From the human T2T-CHM13v2.0 reference genome, Homo sapiens: a stretch of 64,000 bases of DNA. How positions within the stretch are numbered: position 1 is the stretch's first letter; the number at the start of each line of letters is the position of its first letter. The stretch is from NCBI RefSeq assembly GCF_009914755.1, contig NC_060937.1; one strand, 5' to 3'. Below, in pieces: positions 1-17,150 of this stretch. A program made the translations under genes and the position numbers. The notes beneath the pieces are model-generated. The model was not told where the DNA came from. It saw nothing but the letters and a program-made list of their open reading frames with translations, and did no database searches.

Positions 1-372
1 TCATTTATATAAATTTCAAAATGGCCAAAACTAACTGATAGTGTTAGAGGTCTGTAGAGGAGGTATCGCTAGGGAGAAGAATAGTACTTAGCAGGTCATT
101 TGAGAGAATGCTAAGTTTTTTTTTTTTTTTTCATGTAGATGGAGGTTACATACCCATTACTTTGTAATAATTCATCAAGTGATATGATTTGTACATTTTC
201 CTCTCTGTATGCTATATTTCAATTTTTAAAAATAATTCTGAATAATTAAAGATATAAATGTTCAACCAAAAAAATCAATATTTTAGAAGAAATTATAGGA
301 AACTCTCTTGATGACATTGAGGTAATAAAAGATGTCTTAAACCCAAGAATTGCTAACTATAAAGAATATATA

Positions 373-693
<321 letters not shown>

Positions 694-774
694 TATATAT
701 ATATACATATATATGTATATATTCATAAATTTGACTACATTAAAGTTAAGAACTTCTGTTCAAAGGATATCACA

Positions 775-935
775 ATTAGCCAGGCCTGGTGGCACATGCC
801 TGTGGTCCCAGCCACTTGGGAGGCTGAGGCACGAAGAATCATTTGAACTCAGGAGGCAGAGGTTGCAGTGAGCCAAGATGGTGCCACTGCACTCCAGCCT
901 GGGCGACAGAGCAAGACTCCGTCTCAAAAAAACAA
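775..935 (+). mobile_element. Alu right arm only
   Basis: Starts at 'ttagccaggc', ends in 'gactccgtctcaaaaaa'. Confidence 0.85.
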
Positions 936-1030
936 AACTAACAAAGGACATCACAGAGAATGTGAAAAGGCATACCACAAATGAGGCAATAATGTCGACA
1001 ATATATGTAACCTGAAGATTAGTATCCAGA

Positions 1031-1446
<416 letters not shown>

Positions 1447-1867
1447 TTAACAGATATAAATAACATGCTTAGCTTGAAATTAAAACCACAATGAACTAAT
1501 ATTTACAAGCATTATATCAGCAAAATTGAAGCAGCCCGACAATATCAAATGTTAGGAAAACAATAATCAGTGGGGTTTTTTATGTATTGATGGTAGGAAA
1601 GCAAAGTGGAACAATCATTGTAGAAAACAATGCGATATCATCTTGTAAAGCTGAACATGTATATCTTCCGTGATTCAGTTATTTCATTTCAGTGGAAACA
1701 CTATACATATCTTCTTAAGCACACACATAAAAATGTTCATACTAGCATTGTTCATCTTCACAAAACATAAAAACTGGAAACAACCCTAAATGCCCATCAA
1801 GTAGAGAGCAGATCAATTGTGGTACATTCACGTCTAAGTTTCATTCATTCATGAAATGAACAACATA

Positions 1868-2211
1868 CAGATGCTCCTTAATCTACAATGGGGTTACATT
1901 CTTATAAACCCATCATATGTTAAAAATACTGTCAGTCAAAAATACAGTTAAATAGCTAGCTTACTGAACATCATAGCTTAGCCTAGCCTACCTTAAATGT
2001 GCTCAGAACATTTACATTAGCCTACAATTGGGCAAAATCATCTAACACAAAACCTATTTTATAACAGTGTTGAATATCTCATGTAATTTATTGAATACTC
2101 AAAGTGAAAAAACAGAATGGCTGTACAGTTTTTACTGAATGTGTATCGCTTTTGCACCATTGTAAAGTTGGAAAATCTTGAATTGAACCATAGTAAGTTA
2201 GAGACCATCTG
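1868..2211. mobile_element. MER47A-like non-autonomous TcMar-Tigger DNA transposon
   Basis: Ends 'cagatgctcc...' and '...gaccatctg' flanked by TA on both sides; internal 'catcatagcttagcctagcctaccttaaa' matches the MER47 consensus as I recall it. Confidence 0.8.
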
Positions 2212-3707
2212 TACAGCTATACACGACATTGACACTCTTAGATCAATACTGAGTGAAAAATGTAAAACAGACAAGACTCTGTACAGGATTCCATATAAAG
2301 CATAAGACAAAACTAAGCAACACATTGTTTAGGGATATGTACATATCTAGGTAAGCTGCTTTGGAGTCTGCTTTGTTTTAAAACGCAGAAATATAAGCTC
2401 CCCCCTCCAAACAAAAAAAAATCACTCTAGTACTTATCTCTGGAGGAATGGTGGAGGATGGGGCTGGGAGGAATACAATATCGTTTCAAAGTTACTATGA
2501 TGTGTTAGCTTTAAGTTTGGTATTAGATTCACAGGGGTTTTTTTTCCTAATAATTTACTTAAAAGTTATGTATTTCTTTTACATGAATCCCATAACAAAT
2601 GACAAAAAAAACTTCTTAAAATACATAAATATGAGTTCTAATATTTCCCTTGAAAACTGCTCAAGAGATATACCTCCCTTGTAGCTCTTGGCATCTGCTA
2701 ACTCAAATCCCTCTCTCTCTAGCTCAGAAACTCTTCTATCAAATTTATTCTTCAAAAAAATCACCCACGGGAGTAATGTCAGCAAAGACAGCAGAGTACC
2801 AATGGCCCTTCCCTCCAGAAAAACACACAAACAAAAAAATGAGAAGAAACTATCAGAATTAACTTCATCTGAACGCTGGAAAATAGTCAAAGGTTTACAG
2901 CAACTAAGTAAATAGTGGCTCAAGAAAGAGGAAACATGAAATTTTGGTGGCATTTTTACTTGCCCTTGCCCCAATGCCCTCCCTGATTTAGTGACAATCT
3001 TGACAATGGCAGCCCACATTTCCAGCGTGGGACTCCAGTTCTACAGAAGGCAGAGCAGATCTTATTTTCAAAGAACTGTGTTTGTCTGTTTTGACTTATC
3101 TGGGGACAACCTTCAGGCCTGACAAAAGACACTTGCCTTACTTTCACCTAACTCAAGACTTTCTCAAGGCAGAAAAGTGGCTATACAGAGGGCATTCTTT
3201 GAAAACATTGAAAGGCAAATGAACAAACCACCGTCACCTGAAGCAAAAGATTACTGTTAAGGCACACAAAAGATATGCTGCAGCCTGGGAAGAAAGATTC
3301 TTTGGAGATTTAGTGCATTGAAAAGCTGCCATGTGTTACTGGGGAATTTAGAAAGCCATATGCATGCCCGTGGTAGGATGCATATTCAGAAAAGACCTGA
3401 GAAGACCCCAAACTTTCACATCTTGCTGATCTTTAGGCTCAGTTCAAGCAGGCTATGAGAGGACTGTAAATAACCTGTCTAAGCTTTGAAAAAGTGCCCC
3501 AGTGCAGAGCCAATCAGCAAATTTTAGAAGAATACATTTTGTTGTTTATTTATTTTTATTTTGGAAGTAGTGGTGAGGTGGGTGGTGAGGCTCCAGGTAT
3601 TCAAGGCCATCTGTCAAAACAATTGCTAACCACAAGCTAACAAACAGACACTTCAGACATCATACATGACAAAGGTACAGTCTTTACAAAAATAGCTTAC
3701 AAAAGTT

Positions 3708-4340
<633 letters not shown>

Positions 4341-6027
4341 AAAGTCACCAAACAATTACAACCCACACAAGCAACAAAAACAAACTCTGAGGATCTGAGG
4401 AAGGGGAAGAATCTGAATTCCAGCATTATCACACATTACAATAATAAAATGTCCAGTTTTCAAAAACTTACAAAGCATGCAAAGAAAAAAGAAAATATGA
4501 CCCATCATGGAAGAAATTAACAGAAACTGTTCCTGACATTGGACTTACTAGACAAAGACTTTAAATCAGATTTCTTAAGTATGCTCAAAGAGCTTAAAGG
4601 AAACATGGACAAGGAACTAAAGGAAACCAGGAGAATTATGTCTCAACAAATACAGAATATCAGTAACAAGACAGCAAGTATAAAAAGGAACCAAAGAGAA
4701 ATTCTAGAATTGATAAATACAATAACTGAAATGAAAATTGCACTAGGGAGGTTTAAGAGCAGATCTGAGTAGGCAGAAGAAAGAAACAGTGAAACTGAAA
4801 ATAGGCCAATTGAAATTATCAAACTAGAGGAGCAGAAAGAATGAAGAAAAATGAATGGAGGCCAAAAGACCTGTGAGGTAACATCAAGCACTCTCAACAC
4901 ATAATGAGAGTTCCAGAAGGAAAGAATAGACAGAAAAGGAAAGAATTATTTGAAGAAATAATGGCCAAAAACTTCCCAAATTTGATAAGCCAATTTCTCA
5001 GCAGAAACTGTATGTAAGCCAGAAAGCAGCAGGGTGACATATTTAAAATGCTAAGGAAAAAAAAAAAAAAAACAGTCTAACGGTAATTCTATATCTGACA
5101 AAACTATCTTTTAAAAATGAGAGAGAAATTAAGACATTCTCCCTAGTAGACCTGCCCTACAAGTGATGCTAAAGAAGTCCTTCAGGTGGAAATGAAAGGA
5201 TGCTAGATAATAACACAAAGCCATACAAAGAAATAAAGAATACTGGTAAAGGTAACTGTATAGATAAATATGAAAGTCAGTACTATTTTACTTCTTAATT
5301 TGCAACTCTTCTTTTTTTACCCTTATGAACTAAAAGACATCTACATAAAACAATAATCATAAATCTGTTGACAGTGACACCACGTAAAAGAAGTAATTTG
5401 TAGCAACAACATAAAAAAAAACAGGCCAGTGGAATAAAACTGAGAATCTAGATATAAACACCTACATCTACAACCAACTGATTTCAGAAAAGGGTGTCAA
5501 GACCATCCAAAGGAGAAAGAATAATCTGTTTTAATAAATGGTGCTGGCACAACTGGATATCCATATGCAAAAAAATTAAGTTGGACACCTTAACATATAC
5601 AACTCAAAATATACCAATGAACTAAATGTAACAGTTAAAACTATAAAATTCTTAGAGCAAAACATAGAGTGTATATTCATAACCTTGGACTTGACAATAG
5701 ACAGATATAATACCAAACATATAAGCAAAAAAGAATAGATAAATTGAACTTCATCAAAATTAAACCTTTTGTACATCAAAATGAAAGATAACCTACAGAA
5801 TGGGAGAAAATATTTGTGAATTGTATAAGAGACTTGTATCTAGAATACATAAAGAACTCTTACAACTCAACAAAAACACAACTCAATTAAAAAATGTGCA
5901 AAGAATTTGAAAAGACCTTTTGGGTATACACCTGGGAGTGGAATTAAGAAGATATACAAATGGCTGACAAGCACATGAAAGACGCTCATCACTAGCCATT
6001 AGGGAAATGGAAATCAAAGCCACAAGA

Positions 6028-6615
<588 letters not shown>

Positions 6616-7825
6616 AAGCCACAAGATACCACTTCACACCCACTAGGATAGCTACAATCAAAAATATGGAAAATAACAAGTGTTGGTGAGGATGAGAAGA
6701 AACTGGATCCCTCATACAATGGTGAGAGTGTAAAGTGGTATAGCTGCTGTGCTATATATATATATAGCAGTTTCTCAAAAAATTAAACATGGAATTATGA
6801 GTCACTCTTCCACTCTTAGATATTACCAAAATAATTGAAAATGGGTAGTAAGACACTACCTGTTCTAATGTTCACAGGAGCTTTCACAATAGCCAAAAGG
6901 TGAAAACACCTCAAATGTCCATCAGTAGATAAACAAACAAAATGTGGTAAATATATACATGAAATATCATTCAGCCATATAAATAAAGTACTGATTTGTA
7001 TTATAATATGGATGATCTTAAAAATCGTGCTAAGTGAAAGAGGCCACATACAAGGTCACATAGTATATGATTTCATTCATATGAAATATTCAGAATAGGT
7101 AAATTCATAGAAACAGAAAGCATATTGGTGGGTGCCAAGGGCTGGGGCAGAGGCAAACTGGGAATTGCCACTTTCTTTTGGGGTGATGAAAATGTTTTGA
7201 GACTTGATAAAGGTGACAGTTACACAACACTGTGGATGTACCAAATACTATTGAATTATATAGTTCAAATGGTTAATCTTATGTTGTTTATAAATTAAAT
7301 GTCACCTCAATTTAAAAAGGAAACAAGAACAACAACAACAACAAAACACCTGTGGCCTTAATCAGAAAGCCACAAATTATCTTCAATTTCTTTTTTCCAT
7401 CATCACTTACACCCCACCTGTCACTGAGCTAAGGCAGATTCTACTTCCACTTTAGAAGGTGATTTTCCCCCTTTTTCCTTTGCAACTGTCCCTGCCTTCA
7501 TTCAGAACCATCACTTCTCACCTACTAATTACAACAGTTTCATAGATTGTCTAGTTGTCAACAGCACTGTTCCCACATTTAATCCCTTCTGAAGTTGCTG
7601 CCAGATTCACCTTTCTAAAAATGCAAATCTAATCATATAAGTTTCCTACTCAAAATCTTTCCTTGTTCCCTGATAGCTTTCAGGATAATATGAAGCTCCT
7701 TATCCTAGCACAAAAGGCCATTCCTATTCTAGCCCCTTCCTATCCCTCTGGGCTCACTTCCTGTCACTCCTCCCCTTCCTCCACTATACAGAGGGTGTAG
7801 TCTTCCTACTTCCAAGATCTATGCT

Positions 7826-8110
7826 CAGCCTGGGCAACATGATAAAACCAAAAAAAAAACCAAAAAAAAAAATGTCTCCACAAAAATGTCTCTACAAAAA
7901 AATACAAAATTAGCTGGGCAAGGTGGCATGCACCTGTGGTCTCAGCTACTCTGGAGGCTGAGGTGGGAAGATCACCTGAGACTGGGAGGTTGAGGCTACA
8001 ATGAGCTGTGATGGTGCCACTGCCCTTCAGCCTGGGCAACAAAGTGAGATTCTGCCTCAAAAACAAACAAACAAACAAACAAACAAAACCAAAAACAAAA
8101 ACAACAAAAA
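7826..8110 (+). mobile_element. 5'-truncated AluJ with (AAAC)n tail
   Basis: 'gaggttgaggctacaatgagctgtgat' J-type right arm. Confidence 0.85.
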
Positions 8111-9570
8111 CCATGCTGTTTAATTAAGTTCTCTACTTCTGCCTGGGATACTCTTTCCCAAGTGAGCAACTTCCCTAAAAATTCAACTAAACGTCTCATT
8201 CAGTTTCCAATTCTCTATTTTCACAGCATACCAACCATTTCACAGCATACCAACCATTTATGCCATGCTTGGATAATGGTTGGTATACAGTTATACCACA
8301 CTGTAGTATAACTGGCTTATTTTCTAATCAACTAGATAATCCCCCAGTAGACTCTCAGAGCAGGGGCCATGACTTTATCATACTTCTGTCTCAAGAACCT
8401 AGCTCAGCAAATGTTCATCCATTCAGTCATTCAGTCAAGCATAAAATAATTCAGGGATCCACTCATCCTTCACTACCTGATCCTTAGTAGTGAGGATCAC
8501 TATTCGTCATTCCCCACTCACCGTTGCCCTCATCCTTCATGACTAGCCAGTATCTGAGAATAACTGGCAACTTGTTTGTGTAATGTTTCTGTTTAGTACT
8601 CCATCCTCAAACTAAGTAAAACAAGAGCTTTTGACATGATTAACACATTTGATACACGAAAGAATACTTTTTAATCCTTCTTATTAAAAAAACTGAAAAC
8701 TAGTCTAAGTCAATCTAAGGAAATGTAAAAAAAAATGCAAAGTTTCATTAAATAAGACTGCAGTCAAGGCAAAATCCTTTAATTAGTTTAGAAAATTTTT
8801 AAAAACCTTAAATACAAAAATTTAACTAACTGTTCTCTCCCTCACTGGAAATACAATTCAATTTCAGTCTTTAGAGTTTGACATAGTTATACTCACTCCT
8901 GTACCACTATCTACCAATCCCCTAAGGCATATTGCCAAGTTCTCAGGCTTGCCAAATCATTTGGTTGGCATTAGATAATATGCTGGAAACTAGATTCTTT
9001 TGGAATATTTTTCAAAGAAAGTATTCTCTACTCTTTCCTTTTGTTTGTGCTGACACACTTGATATCTGAGAATGTTTTGACAATCTGAATGTACCCAGGT
9101 GAGCCCAAGAAAAGCCAGAATATATCTCAGGATTTCCTTGATGACTAGAGATAAATTAATATTTTAAAATATCTAAAATATATAAATATTTCCTATAAAA
9201 TTACATTTGTGTGACACATTAAAGTGTTTTGTTAATGAGGTTAGTTTTACTCTAGTTGTTCAAATCCAATCTAATTCTGCCCACTTTACAACATCTATAG
9301 ATTTCAAACCCTGGAAGGCATGAAGCACAACTATAAACTTTCTTAGAATCAAGACTGATTCTTCCTAGGGCTATTTCTGCTGGACCCAAAGCATTTCCCC
9401 CAAGTTAATATTTGATAAATTCCCAGAAAAGACCTCGGGCAAACATTTTCTCAATGCCACCAATTCTTGTGCTTTGCCTAAGTAATTCATTTGTTTTATA
9501 TTTTACAGGTTTGGGATCACTTTATTATTATTTCCATCTTTGCAATTGGCTACTAAAAAGCTCACAGCTA

Positions 9571-9890
9571 GCCGGGTGCAGTGGCTCACATGTGTAATCA
9601 CAGCACTTTGGGAGGCTGAGGCAGGCGGGTCACCTGAAGTCAGGAGTTGAAGACCAGCCTGGCCTACATGGTGAAACCCCATCTCTACTAAAAATACAAA
9701 AATTAGCCAGGCGTGGTGGCAGGTGCTTGTAATCCCAGCTACTTGGGAGGCTGAGGCAGGAGAATCACTTGAACCCAGGAGGCGGAGGTTGCAGTGAGCT
9801 GAGATGGCGCCCACTGCACTCCAGCCTGGGTGACAAGAGCGAAAGCCCGTCTCAAAAAAGAAAAAAAAAAAAAAAAGAAAAGAAAAAGAA
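9571..9890 (+). mobile_element. AluS with TSD
   Basis: TSD aaaagctcac(a/g)gcta at 9556-9570 and 9891-9905. Confidence 0.92.
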
Positions 9891-10374
9891 AAAAGCTCAC
9901 GGCTAACTTACGGCCCATTTTTAAACTTCCTCATATGCAATCTGGTTATTATCCTCATTCTGAGCTCCATCTTATTAAACTTTTTTTCTCCTTTGCCATT
10001 ATATATATTTAATTTTGTCATGCTGGATATATTTTTGTAAACTGCCTTTAATCCCTTCTGGAAGAAATCCTTTAAAAAAACCTCATATACACACTTGGCT
10101 AATTATTAGCCAGTCTGTTTCTGGGCCTCCAAATGTTACAGGAGCCAGACATAAAATTATTTCACAGCTGTTCAACAATCCTTGTGTTCATTCTTAGTTG
10201 ACTATATATCTATTCCCCCATATAAACCATTATAGGGATTTTTCATTCTCTTTGAGCCATCACAATTTATCTCACTCTAAATAAATAATGTCACTGCCTA
10301 AATTTCAGAGATGAAAGAACCAAGCAGTTAAGCTTCCTCACTTTCCTCACCACACCCCATCTCAAAATTTCTAA

Positions 10375-10750
<376 letters not shown>

Positions 10751-11465
10751 CAACTGGTATATTTAATGGCATTGATTCTGCTGGCTCCTTCATGTGCCAG
10801 AGGAATTTTATAAAGAACACTACATTCTCTGCTGTTGTCATTTTCCAGGTAGTACCAGAGGTTCCTGCCATGGACCGAAAAGAATAGTGATTTGGGACTA
10901 GAAACTGCGAGGTGGTGAACCAATAGCAAGCAGTGAGGGACAATTTAGAAGGTATAATAGAAAACAGATAAAACCCTGAAAGGCAACAGTTAATAATCAG
11001 GCAAGTGGCTGGTTTGAGGGAAGTTCAGCATGCATTAACAGATATCCCAACGATAGGAAATCACAAATGTCACACATCAGAGAGACCCCTCTCCAAAGGC
11101 TTAGGGTTATCAAACCAAGGACTCTTCAAAGAGAAATGTAAGTAGCCCAGGTACCTGAATTGGAGTGCAAGGTGGGGAACAAATCACTGGAATAAGGTAG
11201 TATACTAATTATAAATACTGAATAAAGCATCAAACTAGCAACAACTACCCTTACTGCTGAATCCCCTGGCATTGAAATGGAACTCTAAATCCTTCCTAAG
11301 GGCACACTTGGTCCCAGAGGCTAGGCCGGGTGGAGGGGGTAGCGTATTAGTAGGAATCAAGTGGAACAGATGAAAGAAAATGATCACGGCAGTGACATGC
11401 AGAATAAACTGCCAGGAAGAGAAACCCTAAAAGAAGGATAATGAGCTAAGAGTCTACTGTAATAA

Positions 11466-11924
11466 ACACATGAAAAGCTAAACTTAAGAAGCATATTACC
11501 TGTATCAAAGCCTCATAAATTTACTAATATCATATTGAAACTAATGTATGTGTGTGAGAGAGAAAACATAAGCGCTAACACATGTGCTGTGGGCTGATCG
11601 TCCATTAAAATGGCTCTTTCCCAAAGTCGCCAAATGATCTTTATACTTAACAGCCAGTTCTTCACACTTAACCTACCTAAAATTGTACTCACATGGCACT
11701 GAAGACCAAGTGAAATAATTTGTCTTTATATATAGCAACAAAAGGTGTATCAGTTTACACATCTTATCCTACATGGTTCATTTCCATTCACCATCTCTTT
11801 CTCATTAGAAGTTTTTAAGGCTTACTCTTATGTGCACTCTCTCTCCTATCGTTTCAATATATTTGTAAATTTTGATGATTCTGATACAGGTAATATGCTT
11901 ATTAAGAATCTTTTTTCTATGTGT
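11466..11924. repeat. ~100-bp imperfect inverted repeat (arms ~11466-11572 and ~11827-11924), ~250-nt spacer
   Basis: 11489-11507 aagcatattacctgtatca is the exact reverse complement of 11882-11900; gapped similarity continues on both sides. Confidence 0.85.
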
Positions 11925-12394
11925 GAGCCTCCTTCCAAATGTTGGATGCCTTCCTGATTGGTGAGTACGTTGTTGATTTTCCCAGTCCCATTTGGTTCCA
12001 GAGACACAAAGTAATTGGATACTTGCTTAAGATGAAAAACATTTTCATATAAACCTTTGATTTCTCTCAGGCTGAAAACTCTCACCTCTGATTAATTAAA
12101 TTGTCTTCATTTTTCAGAGTCCAACAATACTAGTTTTAAAACTTCCAGGCCTTGTTTTCTGTTATTTATTATATGTTAACTCATTTAATCCTTAACTAAG
12201 ATTCCTTCATTGGAACCACCACACACAGAAAATGATCTGAGTGCCTGTTTTCTCAAATATCCCAAGGATGGTTGATGACCAATGCTATTCCAGAACCACA
12301 AAACTGTTGTATTCATTCATACAACAAATGCTTAGCTCATTAGGGCTCAATTTTCTCAAGAAATACCAGTAAAGAAAGGCCACAAGTCACAACT

Positions 12395-12560
12395 ATACAG
12401 TGGGTAGGTTATATTATCATCACCATTTGACAGATGAGGAAACTGTTGACAGATGAGGAAACTGTGCCCCTACAGTGGCAGGAGTTGAGTTGCTTGACTA
12501 AGCTTACATAGCTAGTCAGTGGTGGATCCAAGATTCAAATCCAGGCTAGCTTCAAAATCT
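12395..12560 (-). mobile_element. MIR with an internal 19-bp tandem duplication
   Basis: Core 'acagatgaggaaactg' present twice (12427-12464). Confidence 0.75.
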
Positions 12561-14094
12561 AACCATGTTATTCTGAATCAACTTAGCTCTTCCTCCATGT
12601 ACAGACTACACCTTATGACCTAATCTTTAATGATCTGCTTTTTTAAAATCTGTATATTTCACATGCATACATTTGTATACACAATAAAACTGCAAACTAT
12701 TTAAAGTAAGAACCACAATAAACTTCCCTCATATTTCCACAGTGCTAGCTCACAAAAGGTATTCAAAATTTGTTTGATTGTTGCAATAATAGCCATAAGA
12801 AATCAAGAAACAAAGAAAAGTGAATTCAAATAGGTGTGACTAGCTTACATGATATAAGCCTCTCGAGCCAAACTATAGTCATCAGTTGTTAGAGACATGC
12901 TAATATGTGTATATTAAACATTCTGAAATTTGAAGATAAAAATACAAACAAGATTTACATAACATAAACATATCACCAATAATTTTCAAGTTATCATATA
13001 ATACTAATATAAAGGCTGCTATTTCAGCAATTTTACTTCCTAGTTCCCTCTGATAGTTTCTTAGGTTCCCACACAGATATCCTAAAGTACACAGAAAAAA
13101 AACAGAGAAGAGAGAGATAACATAGTTAAAGACGAAAGTCTCCAGAAATCTGTTGGGATTCTATTTTGGAATCTACACATTGAGACTAAAGTTGACATGG
13201 CAGAAGTGAAAGGAAAAAAAAAATGATTTCCACCCAAACTACAGGATGCCATACATAAATACCTTCAAATTTTCATATTGTTGCCATTGCTAATAGATTT
13301 GTAAATCATCCAGTTGTCCCAATAGTTTTCTTCAATTTGGGTTGGGGCTGGGGGGAAAAGATACAATCTAGAATAGAAAAGTCTTTCAGTATTTCCAACT
13401 CTAAAGCAGAGAAAAAAGAAGTTTACAAAATAAACTTCTTAAAAGGTTGTAAAGACAAATGAAACAGAAACAGAGGTTAGACCTGGCAAGTTGATGAGTA
13501 GGTCATTTTACATTTGATGAATATTTCATCATGACTACTTGATAGCTTTCCTCCTTTTACTTGAATACCGATCAATTACAAAACCTAATTTTATAATTTC
13601 TTGAATATATCTACATTTTTATTACAACTAGAAATACTTAAAATACTTTAATATTAAAAAATATTTTAAATAAACTCATGACAAAATAATACAGTAAATA
13701 AACCTTAGAGAATATTAACAATAAAAGATAAAGATTACATTCTTAACTCTGAAATATGCAAGACTATATAGCTGGACTCTATTTTAAGTCATGATTACTT
13801 AATGGGAATTTGAGCTATGTGTTAATTTCATAACAGAAACCCCAAAACATTGCAAGTGCTTCTTTGTCAGACCCATCAAAGCCCCTGTAAAATGTACAAA
13901 TGAAAAAAAAAAAAAAAACTACTTGACTTGACTTGAAGCCAGAAAAAGCAAGCCTGTATTTAATGAATATTTCTTCCTTCCCCACCCGCCCCTCCCCGGA
14001 AACCAAATATCACTCTACATTTCACCTGTAGTCTAGTTTTAGAGCATTCTTAAGTCTCTCTTAAAAGTCTCAAGTGACTCTCTTAAAAGTCACT

Positions 14095-14388
<294 letters not shown>

Positions 14389-14909
14389 TTTTCAAGCAAA
14401 CTGATAGAAGTAATTTGAATGAAATGTCTGCCCCAATGATAATGTTTTTCATTTCTTGAAAATCATAAAACTAACACCCCAAATGATGTCAAATACTTAA
14501 AGTTGAAACATCGGATTACCACAATCTACAATGCATTAAAGTTTCACATATCAACATCAACAGCAAATTTTAATCCTGGACATCTCTTATTTAATTCTAA
14601 GAGGTACTAAAAAGCTCTATCAAATATATGTTAAAGGCCAAATGCATACATAAGCTAAAAATCCCAGAATGGTGCTTTTAAAACTAGTGCTCTTGAAAGA
14701 AAATTATACATCATGACTGGATCTACTCTGGGATCTTTCTACTCTGGGATGCTTTCATTTAGAAGGTTATCTCCATTGCAGGCAAATTTTTGCCTAATGT
14801 GAATCGTAGTGCTCTTTTCCTTTAATGTCAAAGCCTGTGTCTTATATTTTAGTACTCACAGGTTTGCCATTTCATCATCCTTGTATGATTTGGTCAAAAT
14901 ATATATTTT

Positions 14910-15333
<424 letters not shown>

Positions 15334-15659
15334 CTATATATATTTAAACTATACAGTTTTTTAAAATCCAAATTGTGCAATTAAACAAGGAAACAACATA
15401 TTCTGCTATTAAATTATCCCAGAAAAAACTCTGTGATTTCACTTTAGGATCAAAACCAAAAATCATTGTTATTGAACTACTAGACTTTTCAATAAATTTC
15501 CATTTCATTAAGTACTTATTTATTGAATGCTTACTATGTATAAGGCACCATGCTACATTCTGTGAGGGCATCCAAAGAAGAATAAGACATTTCTTAACCT
15601 AAAGGGGCTTATGGAACAGAAGAAATCTTTTTTAACATGTAATGATAACAGCAGAAATC

Positions 15660-15865
15660 TCTCTAGTACTGGGCAGTGTTTTCAGTATTTTAAACATACA
15701 TTAACTCATTTTATTCCTCCTAACAGCTCTGTGAAATAGGTAGGAAAATGAGACTCAGAGAGGTTAAGTAACCAGAGCAAGGTGGGGAATAATAAGAGGT
15801 GAACTGGGATGCGAATGCAGGCAGTGTGGCTCCAGAGTCCATGCTTCTAACCACTCTGCCCCACT
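15660..15865 (-). mobile_element. MIR
   Basis: 'tgagactcagagaggttaagtaacc...ggctccagagtccatgcttctaaccact'. Confidence 0.7.
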
Positions 15866-16089
15866 TACTCTCAAGCACTGATGAAGGTATAACGAAGTAA
15901 TAATGATGGCAGTTTCTTAAAGCTACAGAAAAAATGTATGGAGTTTCCAAAATTAGATTACATTCCATCAAGTAGAAATTTAAATATGGTCCCAGAAGGG
16001 CAGGTGAGTTTCAGGGGAACAGTTGAGTAGGAATTCTGGGAAAGAGAGATGCCTAAGAAAAAGCAAGACATTGTGTGAAAGCAGTCTAC

Positions 16090-16420
16090 CTTTGCAGGGT
16101 CATGGATAGAGCTGGAAGCCATTATCCTCACCAAACTAATGCAGGAACAGAAAACCAAATGCCGCATGTTCTCGCTTATAAGTGGGAGCTGAACGATGAT
16201 GTCATATGAACACTTCAGGGGTTATAACACACACTGGGACCTGTTGAGGGGGCAGGGGAGGGACAGCATCAGGAAGAATAGCTAATGGATGCTGGACCTA
16301 ATACCTATGGTTGATCTGTGCAGCAAATCACCATGGCACATGTTTACCTATGTAACAAACCTACACATCCTGCACATGTATCCCAGAACTTAAAAGTGGA
16401 TGGGAAAAAATAAATAAAAA
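16090..16420 (+). mobile_element. Old L1PA (PA15/16-like) 3' end
   Basis: 'gcatgttctcgcttataagtgggagctgaac...ccatggcacatgtttacctatgtaacaaacct...cagaacttaaaa'. Confidence 0.88.
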
Positions 16421-16499
16421 GTATATGTAAGAAGATAGCTAGAAGGGAACAGGGAAAAGTGTTCTACCACTAAAGATTTCTGAGCTGGGTATCGAGAGA

Positions 16500-17150
16500 G
16501 TATGGAAAAGATGGAAGTGGGCTTGGACACTGGGTGACCAGTAAGGTGTCTCCACAGATAATTTAAAGAGGTCATACAGCCTGGACTACAGTGGTGATAA
16601 TGGGGATAGAGAGGAGAAGAACAAAAAGGCAAGACACTACAGAATCTGAGATTTCACAATGGGATGAATGTGTACACAGTGCCTGCTGTGTATCTGGGGA
16701 CTCAGGAACAAGCATGTCAGAGGCATGAGAAAATGGAGTCAAAGGTCCTAGGCTTTTAGCCTGGAGTACTGGAAAATTGGGACAATCATCAATAGAAGCT
16801 ATAAACTGAGGAGAGGGAGCACATATAAATATAAGGCAGCTATCTCAGCACAGGGCAATGGGAAAGAGGCCCAGGTTGAAGATAAAGATTTGGAGTCAAT
16901 TGCAGAGTTTAGACTTTAAGAACTACAGCAAATGCTTCAGGAGTAAGTAGACAGAAAGGAACAGAACTAAGGAGATAACCTTTTATACCTACAGGTACCT
17001 TATGGGAGGAAGGGTTAACAGCCAAGAAAGGAGATAAAAGCAGCAGAGGTAAGAATAACGTTGCTACAGTAGCGCAAGGTTCAAAATGAGGAAGGCTCAA
17101 AAAGGAGCGAAAGGCCAAGATTAGGGAGGTCTGAGAAGGCGTCAGAGTAA
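16500..17150 (-). mobile_element. Degraded L2
   Basis: Purine-rich L2-like antisense motifs ('gataaagatttggagtca'). Confidence 0.45.

Noticed and set aside
4539-4772. Coiled-coil-like 77-aa ORF
   Set aside because: L1 ORF1 remnant.
11846-12085. 79-aa non-repeat minus-strand ORF
   Set aside because: GTG start, weak acceptor, no convincing donor and no recognisable homology; a length expected by chance.
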